Of a stretch of DNA of 64,000 nt, positions 1 through 9,323 are shown one piece after another (the stretch's first letter is position 1; every line of letters starts with the position of its first letter). The DNA lies in assembly GCA_947624345.1 (NCBI GenBank), contig CANQJW010000001.1, positions 21,499-85,498 of the forward strand, given 5' to 3'. This DNA is from an uncultured Clostridia bacterium (lineage in GTDB: Bacteria > Bacillota > Clostridia > Oscillospirales > Ruminococcaceae). The notes beneath the pieces are model-generated. The model was not told where the DNA came from. It made no database searches and was given only the letters and a program-made list of their open reading frames with translations. The translations under genes and the position numbers were made by a program.

Positions 1-402
1 GCTGAGGGTTATGCTCCGGTAAAGCTGAGAACAGCTATGGTTCCGATAACGAATTTCAGTTCAAGAACAGCTATACTTTTTATCATTGTAGGACTTATTA
101 TTTCTAATATGTACAAGGTAACTCAGGGGAATAATATAGGAATTACTATTGCGGTTATAGGAATCTGCCTGTTTGCGGTTGCAACGATATTTCAGCTTGT
201 TACGCTTCCTGTTGAGTTCAATGCAAGCTCAAGAGCACTTAAAACTTTAGAGAGCGATATGATTTTGTACGATGATGAAATTCCAATGGCAAGAAAGGTA
301 TTATCCGCCGCTGCATTGACTTATGTGGCTGCTTTGATTTCATCAATTGCAAGCCTTTTGAGAATTGTTCTTATTGTATTCAGCGGAAACAGGAGACGCT
401 GA
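1..402 (+). CDS. YugP-like putative zinc metallopeptidase, C-terminal part (gene begins upstream of the window)
   Basis: Frame 1 is open from nt 1 into tracked ORF 37..402. Hydrophobic C-terminal segments and LVTLPVEFNASSRA resemble the YugP/Zn_peptidase_2 family. The stop overlaps the rsmB start (TGATG). Confidence 0.5.
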   Translation, partial: AEGYAPVKLRTAMVPITNFSSRTAILFIIVGLIISNMYKVTQGNNIGITIAVIGICLFAVATIFQLVTLPVEFNASSRALKTLESDMILYDDEIPMARKVLSAAALTYVAALISSIASLLRIVLIVFSGNRRR

Positions 403-1718
403 TGTGTGATGCAAGAAAATTCACCAGAGATTTGCTGATAACCTTTTTTGATAATTCTTCATATTCAAATATATTACTCGATAATGCTCTTTTAAAAAGC
501 GATTTGTCTAAACAGGACAAAAGATTTGCCGCAAATTTATTCTATGGTGTAATTGAACGCAGAATAACTCTTGACGCAGTTATAAATAAATTTTCAAAAA
601 GACCTGTTGAGAAATTATCAAGCGATATTCTGCAAATTTTAAGAATGGCGGTTTATCAGCTCCTATATATGGATTCAGTCCCCGACAGAGCGGCTGTTTA
701 TGAAAGCGTTAAGCTTGCAAAGACAAAGAAAAATCCTGCACTTGGCGGTTATGTAAACGGTGTGCTTAGAGCGTTTTTAAGAGACGGAAAACAGATACCG
801 GAATTTAATGATAAGATAAGCAATTTATCTGTAAAATTTTCCTGTCCTGAATGGCTTATAGAAAAGTGGATAAGCGAATACGGCGAGGATTTAGCACTTG
901 AGATGCTTGAAAGTTCTTTAGGTGCTCCGCCTGTTACAGCAAGACTGAACACTTTAAAAAAGCCTGCTGATGAGATAATAAATGAGATTTCAGAGTCAGG
1001 CATTGAGGTGAATCTTAGATGCGAAGCGAAAAATTGCGTTGAGCTTATTGGAGTCAGAGATATTAGTCGTCTGGGTCTTTACAAAAAGGGAATGTTCCAT
1101 ATACAGGATATATCAAGCCAGCTTTGCTGTGAGGTTTTAGACCCAAAGCTTGATGAAACTATTTTAGATGTTTGTTCAGCACCCGGAGGAAAAGCCTTTA
1201 CTATCGCTGAAATTATGAATAATCATGGCAGGGTGATTGCCTGTGATTTATATGAACAGCGTGTAAAACTTATTAAAAACGGTGCCAAGCATTTAGGTAT
1301 TGATATAATTGATTCAAGGGTGAATGACGCTTCAGTATTTTCAGATGAAATAGGACTTGCAGACAAGGTTTTGTGTGATGTTCCTTGCTCAGGTCTGGGA
1401 GTTATAAGACGAAAGCCCGAGATAAAGTATAAAAATCCTGATGATTTTGAAAACCTTAAGGTTATACAGAGAAAAATTCTGGATACTTCATCAAAGTATC
1501 TGAAAAATGGTGGGATTTTGGTTTATTCAACCTGTACTTTGTCAAGAGCAGAGAATGATGATATCATAGACTGGTTTTTGGAAAATCACCCTGAATTTGA
1601 AAAGGGCAGCATAAGTGGAATCCCAAATATTAAAGACGGGGAGCATAAGGTAACAATTACGCCTAATATGTTTAACAGCGATGGCTTTTTTATAGCAAAG
1701 CTGATTAAAAAAGGATAA
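402..1718 (+). CDS. rsmB: 16S rRNA (cytosine967-C5)-methyltransferase RsmB
   Basis: 438 aa. NusB-like N-terminus, SAM-methyltransferase motifs DVCSAPGGK and CDVPCSGLGVIRRKPE, and catalytic TCT. Confidence 0.9.
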   Translation: MCDARKFTRDLLITFFDNSSYSNILLDNALLKSDLSKQDKRFAANLFYGVIERRITLDAVINKFSKRPVEKLSSDILQILRMAVYQLLYMDSVPDRAAVYESVKLAKTKKNPALGGYVNGVLRAFLRDGKQIPEFNDKISNLSVKFSCPEWLIEKWISEYGEDLALEMLESSLGAPPVTARLNTLKKPADEIINEISESGIEVNLRCEAKNCVELIGVRDISRLGLYKKGMFHIQDISSQLCCEVLDPKLDETILDVCSAPGGKAFTIAEIMNNHGRVIACDLYEQRVKLIKNGAKHLGIDIIDSRVNDASVFSDEIGLADKVLCDVPCSGLGVIRRKPEIKYKNPDDFENLKVIQRKILDTSSKYLKNGGILVYSTCTLSRAENDDIIDWFLENHPEFEKGSISGIPNIKDGEHKVTITPNMFNSDGFFIAKLIKKG

Positions 1719-1729
1719 TTTAAAACACA

Positions 1730-2773
1730 ATGACAGAAAATATTCAAGAGAAAATTGATATATTATCGCTTAGCCTTAAAGAGCTTGAGGAAAGCATTTT
1801 ACAGTTGGGTGAAAAAAGGTTCAGAGCAAAACAAATATGGCAGTGGCTTCATGTGAAAAAAGTCAGAAATTTTGACGAAATGAGCAATTTATCTGCACAG
1901 TTCAGATGTGAATTATCAGATGTATTTTGTATAAAATCACTAATTGTAGCAAAAAGGCTTGCATCAAACATAGACAATACTGTAAAATATCTGTATAAGC
2001 TACCAGACGGCAATCATATAGAAACAGTGCTTATGGAATATAACCATGGATACAGCCTTTGCGTTTCCACACAGGTAGGATGCAAAATGGGTTGCAGGTT
2101 CTGTGCGTCGACCATAGCAGGATATAAAAGAAATCTGTCAGCGTCTGAGATTTTAATTCAGCTTTATGAAACAGAAAGAGATTCAGGTAAAAAGGTTTCA
2201 AGCATCGTTCTTATGGGAATAGGTGAGCCGCTTGATAATTTTGAAAATGTCACAAGGTTTCTTGATATTCTTAGCGATAAAGATGGCAATAATATGAGCC
2301 TTCGTCATATTTCGCTTTCAACCTGCGGCATTGTTCCGAAGATATATGAACTAGCAGATAAAAATTACGGGCTTACACTCTCGGTTTCTCTACACGCAAC
2401 GACTGATGAAAAAAGAAGTGAGATAATGCCTGTTAATGATAAATATAATATAAACGAGCTTATTACCGCTTGTAAATATTATCTAAGTAAAACCGGAAGG
2501 CGAATTTCATTTGAATATGCTCTGATCGATGGAGTGAATGATACAATTGAGCAAGCGAAGTTACTATCTAAGCTTATTCGTGGAATGCAAAGCCATGTAA
2601 ATATAATTCCGGTTAATAAGATAAAGGAAAGAGAATTTACATCAAGCAGAAAGTCAGCTATCAGGTTTCAGAACTTGTTGACAGGCTTAGGTGTAAATGC
2701 AACGGTCAGACGAACTCTAGGCTCAGATATTGACGCAGCATGCGGTCAGCTGAGACGGGAATATGAGGTATAG
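1730..2773 (+). CDS. rlmN: 23S rRNA/tRNA adenine-C2 methyltransferase RlmN (radical SAM)
   Basis: 347 aa. Radical-SAM CKMGCRFCAS, GIGEPLDN, and C-terminal DIDAACGQL. Confidence 0.9.
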   Translation: MTENIQEKIDILSLSLKELEESILQLGEKRFRAKQIWQWLHVKKVRNFDEMSNLSAQFRCELSDVFCIKSLIVAKRLASNIDNTVKYLYKLPDGNHIETVLMEYNHGYSLCVSTQVGCKMGCRFCASTIAGYKRNLSASEILIQLYETERDSGKKVSSIVLMGIGEPLDNFENVTRFLDILSDKDGNNMSLRHISLSTCGIVPKIYELADKNYGLTLSVSLHATTDEKRSEIMPVNDKYNINELITACKYYLSKTGRRISFEYALIDGVNDTIEQAKLLSKLIRGMQSHVNIIPVNKIKEREFTSSRKSAIRFQNLLTGLGVNATVRRTLGSDIDAACGQLRREYEV

Positions 2774-2790
2774 AAAGAGGGTGAGCGAAC

Positions 2791-3519
2791 TTGTTTGTAG
2801 TCGCAAAAAGCGATGTCGGCATGAAAAGGCGGGAAAATCAGGACAGGTTTTGTGTTAAATTTATTGATGATGAAACGGTTGCCGCCGTTGTTTGTGATGG
2901 AATGGGCGGCGCTCAGTCTGGAGGATTAGCCAGTGAGATAGCGGCAAATACCGTTTTTGACCGAATTGTTCTTAATTACAGAAGCGACGCTGATGATAAT
3001 AGTATCAGAAACACAATATTAACTTCCCTCACAGCGGCAAACACGCTGGTGTATGAAAAGTCTAAGGAAGATGAAGACAAAAAGGGAATGGGAACGACCT
3101 GTATCGGTGCGTTGATAAAAAAGGATAAGGCATATATCGCCAGCGTAGGGGACAGCCGTGCATATCTCCTTGATAAAAACGGAATTACGCAAATAACTAA
3201 TGACCACACTATTGTTGAGATTTTATATGAACAGGGAAAGATAGAAAAGGACGATAAGTCCAGCCACGAGATGAGTCATATTATCACAAAGGCAATAGGA
3301 ACTGAGCCTGAATTAGAGCCGGATTATTTTGAAGTAGAACTAGAGCAAAATTCAATAATTCTTATTTGTTCTGATGGACTTACCAATTATTGCAGTGACG
3401 AGCTTATATATAGTTATGTATATAATAAAGAGCTTGAACAGTCGATTGGTGACCTTATCAGCTATGCTAATTTTAAGGGCGGTAAGGATAACATCACAGT
3501 AGCAATTATAAAGAATTAG
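2791..3519 (+). CDS. stp: PP2C-family Ser/Thr protein phosphatase (Stp/PrpC)
   Basis: TTG start. Motifs RRENQDRF, DGMGG, SDGL and GGKDNITV. Sits immediately upstream of prkC, as in Bacillus. Confidence 0.9.
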   Translation: MFVVAKSDVGMKRRENQDRFCVKFIDDETVAAVVCDGMGGAQSGGLASEIAANTVFDRIVLNYRSDADDNSIRNTILTSLTAANTLVYEKSKEDEDKKGMGTTCIGALIKKDKAYIASVGDSRAYLLDKNGITQITNDHTIVEILYEQGKIEKDDKSSHEMSHIITKAIGTEPELEPDYFEVELEQNSIILICSDGLTNYCSDELIYSYVYNKELEQSIGDLISYANFKGGKDNITVAIIKN

Positions 3520-3539
3520 CGAAAAGGGAGGTAAAAGGA

Positions 3540-5663
3540 TTGGACGCGAGCATTGGAACAAGGCTAGACGGAAGGTATGAAATAACTGAGCTTATCGGCA
3601 TTGGCGGAATGGCTGATGTTTATAAGGCTATTGACATTATGGAAGACCGTACAGTGGCCGTTAAGATACTGAAGAATGAATTTTCAGAGAATGAGGAGTT
3701 TTTAAGAAGATTCAGGAATGAGAGTAAGGCTATTGCTGTGCTTTCTCACCCGAATATAGTTAAGATTTATGATGTTGGATTTTCTGACGAAATTCAATAT
3801 ATTGTTATGGAATATATTGACGGTATAACCTTAAAGGAATTTATAGAGCAGCAGGGTGTTTTAAGGTGGAAAGATGCTATTCACTTTATCACTCAGGTTC
3901 TTAGAGCCTTACAGCACGCTCACGACAGAGGTATTGTTCACAGAGATATAAAGCCTCAGAATATTATGCTATTTTCTGACGGAACTATAAAGGTAATGGA
4001 TTTTGGCATTGCACGCTTTTCACGATCGGACGGAAAAACACTTTCTGATAAGACGATCGGTTCAGTTCATTACATATCGCCAGAACAAGCAAGAGGCGAT
4101 ATTACTGATGAGAAAAGCGATATATATTCTGTCGGTGTAATGCTTTATGAAATGCTAACAGGAAAGAAGCCGTTTGATGCTGATAATCCTGTTGCCGTTG
4201 CACTTATGCATATGCAGGAGGTTGCTAAAAATCCAAGAGAGATAGTTTCCACTATTCCTGAGCCTTTAGAGGAAATCGTTTATCATGCAATGGAGAGAAA
4301 TCCATTAAGAAGATATCAGTCTGCCTCTGAAATGATAAAGGATATTGAAACCTTTAAGCATAATCCTGATGTTATATTCGGATATAAGAATCCTAATGAG
4401 CTTGATGCTCACAGATCAAGCGAATCAACTATATTCTTTAATCCTGTTAAAAATGACGACAAAAACTCAGACAGCAGTGAAATAATAGATGTTGAGCCAA
4501 ATTCATCCGGTAATACCTATGATGATTATTATGACGATGAAGATGAAGGATATGTCAAAAAGCGTTCATATGTTGTTCCAATTCTGTCTGCGGTTACAGT
4601 TGCAGTTGTAATTATTGCAGCAGTAGTAATTCTATTTATGATAATAAATTCTGATGTTTTTGGAAGCAACACTACTAAGGTTGAGATTCCGAATTTTGTC
4701 GGACAATCAATAGTAGATGCAAAGAATGAATACGGTGAAAATCTGGTATTTATTATTGACGAAGAATTCAATAGTGAATATGCAAAGAATATCATTTTCG
4801 AGCAGGATATACCACAGGGAACAATTAAGAAGAAAAATTCTGAAATAAGGGTTACGGTATCAAAAGGACCTAAAACCTCAAAAATACCTGATTTGAGAAA
4901 TCAACCATATGAAACAGCAGCATCTATGCTTGAAAGCTTACAGCTTGTACCTGTGCAAAGTCTGCGGCACGATGATGACATTGTCGAGGGACGGGTTATT
5001 GATACAAATCCTGAGATAAATGAAGAGGTGCCTCAGGGTTCATCTGTAACGGTATTTGTCAGCAGCGGACCATTGGAAACAAAGGTTAAGGTTCCGTCAC
5101 TTATCGGAAAGACCGAGGCTGATGCTAGAGCATTACTTGACAATAATAAGCTGAAATGCCAAGTCGAAGAAGTCGACACAGATGAAGTTCCAAAGGGAGA
5201 GGTCGTTTCTCAGTCTATTTCTGCAAAGACAAATGTTCCGAGAGATACAATTGTAACAATTGGTGTTTCAACAGGGAAGGCAGCTACAAAGACTGTAAAT
5301 ATCGAACTTGAGGTTCCGGTCGGCGCATGGGGAAGCTATGAAATTCTTGTTTACATTAACGGAAATCTCGAGGAAACTCAAAATATCGGTGATGCTGAAA
5401 CAGTAGCGGGTGATTCAGTCAAGGTTCCCGTTACAGGACAGGGAGAGCAGACCGTTTCAATCAAGGTTCAGCGTGACGGAAATTCCAAAATGTACGGAAC
5501 ATTCGATGTAAACTTTGCCGAAAACTCTTATACAACAAAATCATCGAATGAAAGTGCATTTTCCTCAATAACCCCTGAAATGGACACTACCTCACCTTCA
5601 GATGATAAAAAAGACAAGACCACGACTTCTTGGAAAGAGACTACTACAAATAATGAAGGTTAA
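3540..5663 (+). CDS. prkC: Ser/Thr protein kinase PrkC with PASTA repeats
   Basis: TTG start. Hanks kinase motifs GIGGMADVYKA, VAVK, HRDIKPQN, DFGIA and SPEQ. One TM helix, three PASTA-like repeats, then a beta-rich C-terminal domain and a Ser/Thr/Lys tail. Confidence 0.9.
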   Translation: MDASIGTRLDGRYEITELIGIGGMADVYKAIDIMEDRTVAVKILKNEFSENEEFLRRFRNESKAIAVLSHPNIVKIYDVGFSDEIQYIVMEYIDGITLKEFIEQQGVLRWKDAIHFITQVLRALQHAHDRGIVHRDIKPQNIMLFSDGTIKVMDFGIARFSRSDGKTLSDKTIGSVHYISPEQARGDITDEKSDIYSVGVMLYEMLTGKKPFDADNPVAVALMHMQEVAKNPREIVSTIPEPLEEIVYHAMERNPLRRYQSASEMIKDIETFKHNPDVIFGYKNPNELDAHRSSESTIFFNPVKNDDKNSDSSEIIDVEPNSSGNTYDDYYDDEDEGYVKKRSYVVPILSAVTVAVVIIAAVVILFMIINSDVFGSNTTKVEIPNFVGQSIVDAKNEYGENLVFIIDEEFNSEYAKNIIFEQDIPQGTIKKKNSEIRVTVSKGPKTSKIPDLRNQPYETAASMLESLQLVPVQSLRHDDDIVEGRVIDTNPEINEEVPQGSSVTVFVSSGPLETKVKVPSLIGKTEADARALLDNNKLKCQVEEVDTDEVPKGEVVSQSISAKTNVPRDTIVTIGVSTGKAATKTVNIELEVPVGAWGSYEILVYINGNLEETQNIGDAETVAGDSVKVPVTGQGEQTVSIKVQRDGNSKMYGTFDVNFAENSYTTKSSNESAFSSITPEMDTTSPSDDKKDKTTTSWKETTTNNEG

Positions 5664-5665
5664 TA

Positions 5666-6547
5666 ATGAATAAAGAAGGTTTAATTACAAAGCTAATCGG
5701 AGGCATCTACTATGTAGAAGCCTCTGATGTTGTATATGAATGTAAAGCTAAAGGCGCTTTTCGAAAGGGTAATCTATCGCCTGTATGCGGTGATAAGGTT
5801 GAAATTCAGATTAACGAAGGAGATACCTCAGTCATAACTAAGGTTTTTGATAGGAAGTCATTTATTATAAGACCTCAGCTTGCAAATCTTGATTATCTGG
5901 TTTTGGTTAATTCTGTTTGTGAGCCATCGCCCAATCTGCTCTTGATTGACAAGTTTATTGCCATTGCTGAATATAAGGGAATAGAGCCGGTTGTTGTTTT
6001 TACAAAGATTGATAAAAAAAGCGAGAGAGAGCTTGTTTCGATATACGATAAAGTCGGAGTAAAAGTTTTTTCTGTAGATAACACAACAGGTAAGGGAAGC
6101 GAAGGATTAAAAAAACTACTGGCAGGAAAGCTGTCTGCTTTTACGGGCAACACCGGTGTCGGAAAGTCAAGCCTTTTGAATAATCTTTTTCCTGGTCTTA
6201 ATTTAGACACTGGAGAAGTTAGCAGAAAGCTTGGCAGGGGCAGACACACCACGAGATGCGTCGAGCTATTCAAGCTGGATGATGGCGGATATATAGCCGA
6301 TACGCCTGGATTTTCGTCGTTTGATACTAACAAATATGATATTATTTTTAAAGACGAACTAGCTTCTTGTTTCAGAGAATTTGATGATTTTATAGGTAAA
6401 TGTAAATTTCAGGACTGCTATCATATCAGCGAGCCCGGATGTGCTGTCATTGACGCTGTAAACAGTGGAATTATATCAAAATCACGGCATGAAAGCTATA
6501 TAAATATGTTTGAGGAAGCTAAAAGTTTAAAGGAATGGGAGCACTGA
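5666..6547 (+). CDS. rsgA: Ribosome small-subunit biogenesis GTPase RsgA
   Basis: Circularly permuted GTPase: TKID, GNTGVGKSSLLN, DTPGF, and C-terminal zinc knuckle CKFQDCYHISEPGC. Confidence 0.9.
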   Translation: MNKEGLITKLIGGIYYVEASDVVYECKAKGAFRKGNLSPVCGDKVEIQINEGDTSVITKVFDRKSFIIRPQLANLDYLVLVNSVCEPSPNLLLIDKFIAIAEYKGIEPVVVFTKIDKKSERELVSIYDKVGVKVFSVDNTTGKGSEGLKKLLAGKLSAFTGNTGVGKSSLLNNLFPGLNLDTGEVSRKLGRGRHTTRCVELFKLDDGGYIADTPGFSSFDTNKYDIIFKDELASCFREFDDFIGKCKFQDCYHISEPGCAVIDAVNSGIISKSRHESYINMFEEAKSLKEWEH

Positions 6548-6552
6548 CCGTT

Positions 6553-7176
6553 ATGGAAAAATGTCTTATTGTTGGTGGCGGTGAAATAAAAAACAAAGAT
6601 TGGCTGAATTATATTTCAATGGAATATGATTATATTATTGCGGCAGACAGAGGTTACAAATCTTTAAAAGAAGCCAATGTCAATATTGATATTGCAATAG
6701 GTGATTTTGATTCGCTTGGGTTTATTCCCGATGATGTAGAAGTTATCAGACTAGCTATTGAAAAGGATGACACCGATACAATAAGTGCTGTCAGATATGC
6801 ACTTGATAACAGTGCAAAGGTGATAACATTAGTCGGCGGAGTTGGCGGACGCCTTGACCATACAATTGCAAATATTCAGTCGCTTGCTTTTATTGCGAGT
6901 AATGGCGCAGTCGGAAGACTTCTTGATGAAAATAACGAGCTTATTTCACTTACTTCCGGAGAATATAATTTTCCAAAAAGAAAGGGATATTCACTGTCGG
7001 TGTTTGCAATTACAGACGAGGTTACATGCCTTCGTGAGAGGGGAGTAAAATACCCGCTTGTCAATGCCACTTTGACAAATAAGTTCCCTCTTGGTGTATC
7101 TAATGAAATCACAAGTGAGAGTGCGGTTATTTCTTTTAAAAGCGGTATGTTGCTTGTCTGTTTTTCACGATTGTAA
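6553..7176 (+). CDS. thiN: Thiamine pyrophosphokinase
   Basis: MEKCLIVGGGE N-terminus, GDFDS motif and GGRLDH. I chose the start at 6553 by N-terminal alignment; the ORF track starts at 6535. Confidence 0.8.
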   Translation: MEKCLIVGGGEIKNKDWLNYISMEYDYIIAADRGYKSLKEANVNIDIAIGDFDSLGFIPDDVEVIRLAIEKDDTDTISAVRYALDNSAKVITLVGGVGGRLDHTIANIQSLAFIASNGAVGRLLDENNELISLTSGEYNFPKRKGYSLSVFAITDEVTCLRERGVKYPLVNATLTNKFPLGVSNEITSESAVISFKSGMLLVCFSRL

Positions 7177-7233
7177 CAAAAGACTGCATATCTGAATATT
7201 ATAAAGTATTCTTATCATAGGAGGAGAGTACAT

Positions 7234-7320
7234 ATGAAGATAGTATTAGTTAAACCGCCTAGGATTCTATCTGGAATACTGAGAATGGTATTCAGGGTTG
7301 ATAAAAGCTATGATTACTAA
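7234..7320 (+). CDS. spoVM: Stage V sporulation protein M (SpoVM), 28 aa; absent from the ORF track
   Basis: AGGAGGAG SD lies 7 nt upstream of the ATG. Peptide MKIVLVKPPRILSGILRMVFRVDKSYDY resembles B. subtilis SpoVM MKFYTIKLPKFLGGIVRAMLGSFRKD (from memory). It lies directly after thiN as in B. subtilis and is followed by a terminator. Confidence 0.7.
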   Translation: MKIVLVKPPRILSGILRMVFRVDKSYDY

Positions 7321-7326
7321 ATAACG

Positions 7327-7353
7327 GTGCTTAGCTGATGCTGAGCACTTTTT
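7327..7353 (+). terminator. Intrinsic terminator after spoVM
   Basis: Stem GTGCTTAGC / GCTGAGCAC (one G-U pair), loop TGAT, then TTTTT. Confidence 0.7.
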
Positions 7354-7409
7354 CATAACAAATAGTATTTCAGCATATAAATAAATATCAGATTATACAA
7401 GGAAAACAT

Positions 7410-7982
7410 ATGCTGGAATTTACTATAAAAGATTATAAAATAAAATTATCATTCAGTTTTTTTGCAGTATTAGCTGTTTTATTTTTTATAGGCGATAACT
7501 TTGCCGTTATAACTGCATTGCTTTGCTGTTTTATGCACGAGTTCGGACATATGCTTATGATGCACAGGTTTTCTGTACCGATAAATGAGATTATGCTCTA
7601 CGGCGGAGGAATTAAGCTGGTAAGCGAGACGGATAGGTTATATGATAAAAAAAGCGAGATATATGTTCTGCTTGCTGGTGCAGGAGTGAATATGTTATGC
7701 TTTTTTATATTTAAAGGACTTCTTACACAGCTTGCATATACAAGCCTTATACTAGGGCTTTTCAATTTGCTTCCTTTTAAATACTTTGACGGGGGACGGG
7801 TTCTAAAGCTTATATTCGAGGATTCAGTATCTGTTTCAATGAACGCAGCATATAAAGTAATTCGATCGGTTCTTATCTTAGTTACTATTTGTGTTATAAT
7901 TATGATAATATACAAGGGTATAGCAAATATTTCGCTCATTATCACTCTAATTTATATAGTGATTTCTGAGATTTTGCTTTAA
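7410..7982 (+). CDS. Minimal M50 site-2 protease family membrane metalloprotease
   Basis: 190 aa, polytopic. HEFGH within a TM segment and NLLPFKYFDGGRVL (the NxxPxxxxDG motif of S2P). No PDZ or CBS domain is apparent. Confidence 0.65.
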   Translation: MLEFTIKDYKIKLSFSFFAVLAVLFFIGDNFAVITALLCCFMHEFGHMLMMHRFSVPINEIMLYGGGIKLVSETDRLYDKKSEIYVLLAGAGVNMLCFFIFKGLLTQLAYTSLILGLFNLLPFKYFDGGRVLKLIFEDSVSVSMNAAYKVIRSVLILVTICVIIMIIYKGIANISLIITLIYIVISEILL

Positions 7983-8061
7983 TATCACATGAATCAACAA
8001 GTGTACATAATTTTTTAATAAAAATTATACAAAAATTTCTGATTTTAAATTCCAGTTGTGA

Positions 8062-8206
8062 TATAATATATAAGCATTTGATTTACCGTCGTTAAAGGCG
8101 ACGAGAGTTAATGCCTGCTTGTTAAGGCAAGACATTAAAGCGGACAGTCCTCTGATTTTGTTTAGCAAAATGTATGAATGTCTGAAAATAATAGGAGGTA
8201 TTTAAA
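8062..8206 (+). promoter_or_regulatory. rplS promoter (extended -10, TGATATAAT) and about 130-nt structured leader; candidate L19 autoregulatory leader
   Basis: TATAAT at 8062..8067 preceded by TGA. The leader contains hairpins CGTCG-TTAAAGG-CGACG and CTTG-TTAAGG-CAAG. The L19_leader class is known upstream of rplS in Firmicutes; the match was not verified by a covariance model. Confidence 0.35.
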
Positions 8207-8551
8207 GTGGACGCTTTAAAACTAATTTCAAACTCAAGCTTAAAAGCTGAGGTTCCTGTTCTTAACATAGGAGATACTGTTAAGGTACATGTTAAGATCA
8301 AGGAAGGCGACAAGTCAAGAATTCAAATTTTTGAGGGAACAATTATCGCTAAGAAGCATGGCGGAATAAATGAAACATTCACAGTTCGTCGTGTTGCTCA
8401 CGGATGTGGTATTGAAAGAGTTTTCCCAGTACATTCACCTATCGTTGAAAAGGTTGAAGTTGTAAGAAGCGGACGGGTTCGCAGAGCTAAGCTTTACTAT
8501 CTGAGGAATAGAGTTGGTAAGGCTGCTAAGGTTAAAGAAGCAATTAAATAA
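8207..8551 (+). CDS. rplS: 50S ribosomal protein L19
   Basis: GTG start after an AGGAGG SD. Typical L19 sequence [14 protein letters not shown]...RIQIFEG and RRAKLYYLR. Confidence 0.95.
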   Translation: MDALKLISNSSLKAEVPVLNIGDTVKVHVKIKEGDKSRIQIFEGTIIAKKHGGINETFTVRRVAHGCGIERVFPVHSPIVEKVEVVRSGRVRRAKLYYLRNRVGKAAKVKEAIK

Positions 8552-8560
8552 TTGTCATAA

Positions 8561-8592
8561 AGGAGCAAAGTTATTTTGTTCCTTTTTCTTTT
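8561..8592 (+). terminator. Intrinsic terminator after rplS
   Basis: Stem AGGAGCAA / TTGTTCCT (one G-U pair), followed by TTTTCTTTT. Confidence 0.6.
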
Positions 8593-8601
8593 TAAAAGTA
8601 C

Positions 8602-8630
8602 TTGAATTTTGTGTTTTTTTTTGTTAGAAT
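8602..8630 (+). promoter_or_regulatory. SigA-type promoter upstream of lepB
   Basis: TTGAAT, 17-nt spacer, TAGAAT, with a TGT extended -10. Confidence 0.5.
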
Positions 8631-8664
8631 TAAGATATATATTTTAATATAAGAGGTACTGTTA

Positions 8665-9249
8665 ATGGAAAATAACGAGAACGAAATTTACAAAGAAGAA
8701 GATTATAAAAAATTTAAAGAAAAAAAGCCGGCCTCAGAAGAGCTTTTGGAGTGGCTTGAGTCTATTGCAATTTCAATTTTTATAGTAATACTTGTATTTT
8801 CTTTTGTATTCAGAATTGTTATTGTCGATGGTGATTCAATGTATCCGACTCTTAAAAATGGTCAGAGGCTTGTTATTTCACATCTTTTCTATACGCCAAA
8901 GCAGGGCGATATAGTAGTTGTAAACAGCAAGGGACTTAACAAAACCATTATAAAGAGAGTTATAGCTACTGAAGGACAGACAGTTGACATAGATTTTGAA
9001 ACCGGCAATGTTGCCGTTGATGGAGAGGTATTAAACGAGCCGTACATCAATGAAAGGATTGCTACAATTTCTGATGGAATGACTTATCCTGTGGTAGTCC
9101 CCAAAGATACTATTTTCGTGATGGGCGACAATAGGAACCATTCTACTGACAGCAGAAGTTCTCTTGTGGGATTTATTTCAACTGATGATGTATTAGGAAA
9201 GGCAGTTTTCAGAATTTATCCGTTTAACTGCTTTGGTAGGATAAAATAA
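8665..9249 (+). CDS. lepB: Signal peptidase I
   Basis: N-terminal TM helix, catalytic-Ser motif DGDSMYPTL, IKRVIA, and GDNRNHSTDSR. Confidence 0.9.
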   Translation: MENNENEIYKEEDYKKFKEKKPASEELLEWLESIAISIFIVILVFSFVFRIVIVDGDSMYPTLKNGQRLVISHLFYTPKQGDIVVVNSKGLNKTIIKRVIATEGQTVDIDFETGNVAVDGEVLNEPYINERIATISDGMTYPVVVPKDTIFVMGDNRNHSTDSRSSLVGFISTDDVLGKAVFRIYPFNCFGRIK

Positions 9250-9323
9250 GGATTCGTTTAAATATAAAAGTGTCTAAGTAAGGTGTTTTTTAAAAATAAA
9301 CACGAAAAAATGAGGTAATAATT

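Noticed and set aside
7983-8061. AT-only inverted repeat ATAATTTTT-TAAT-AAAAATTAT downstream of the M50 protease gene.
   Set aside because: It has a purely A/T stem with negligible stability. It is probably just AT-rich spacer, so I did not call it a terminator.
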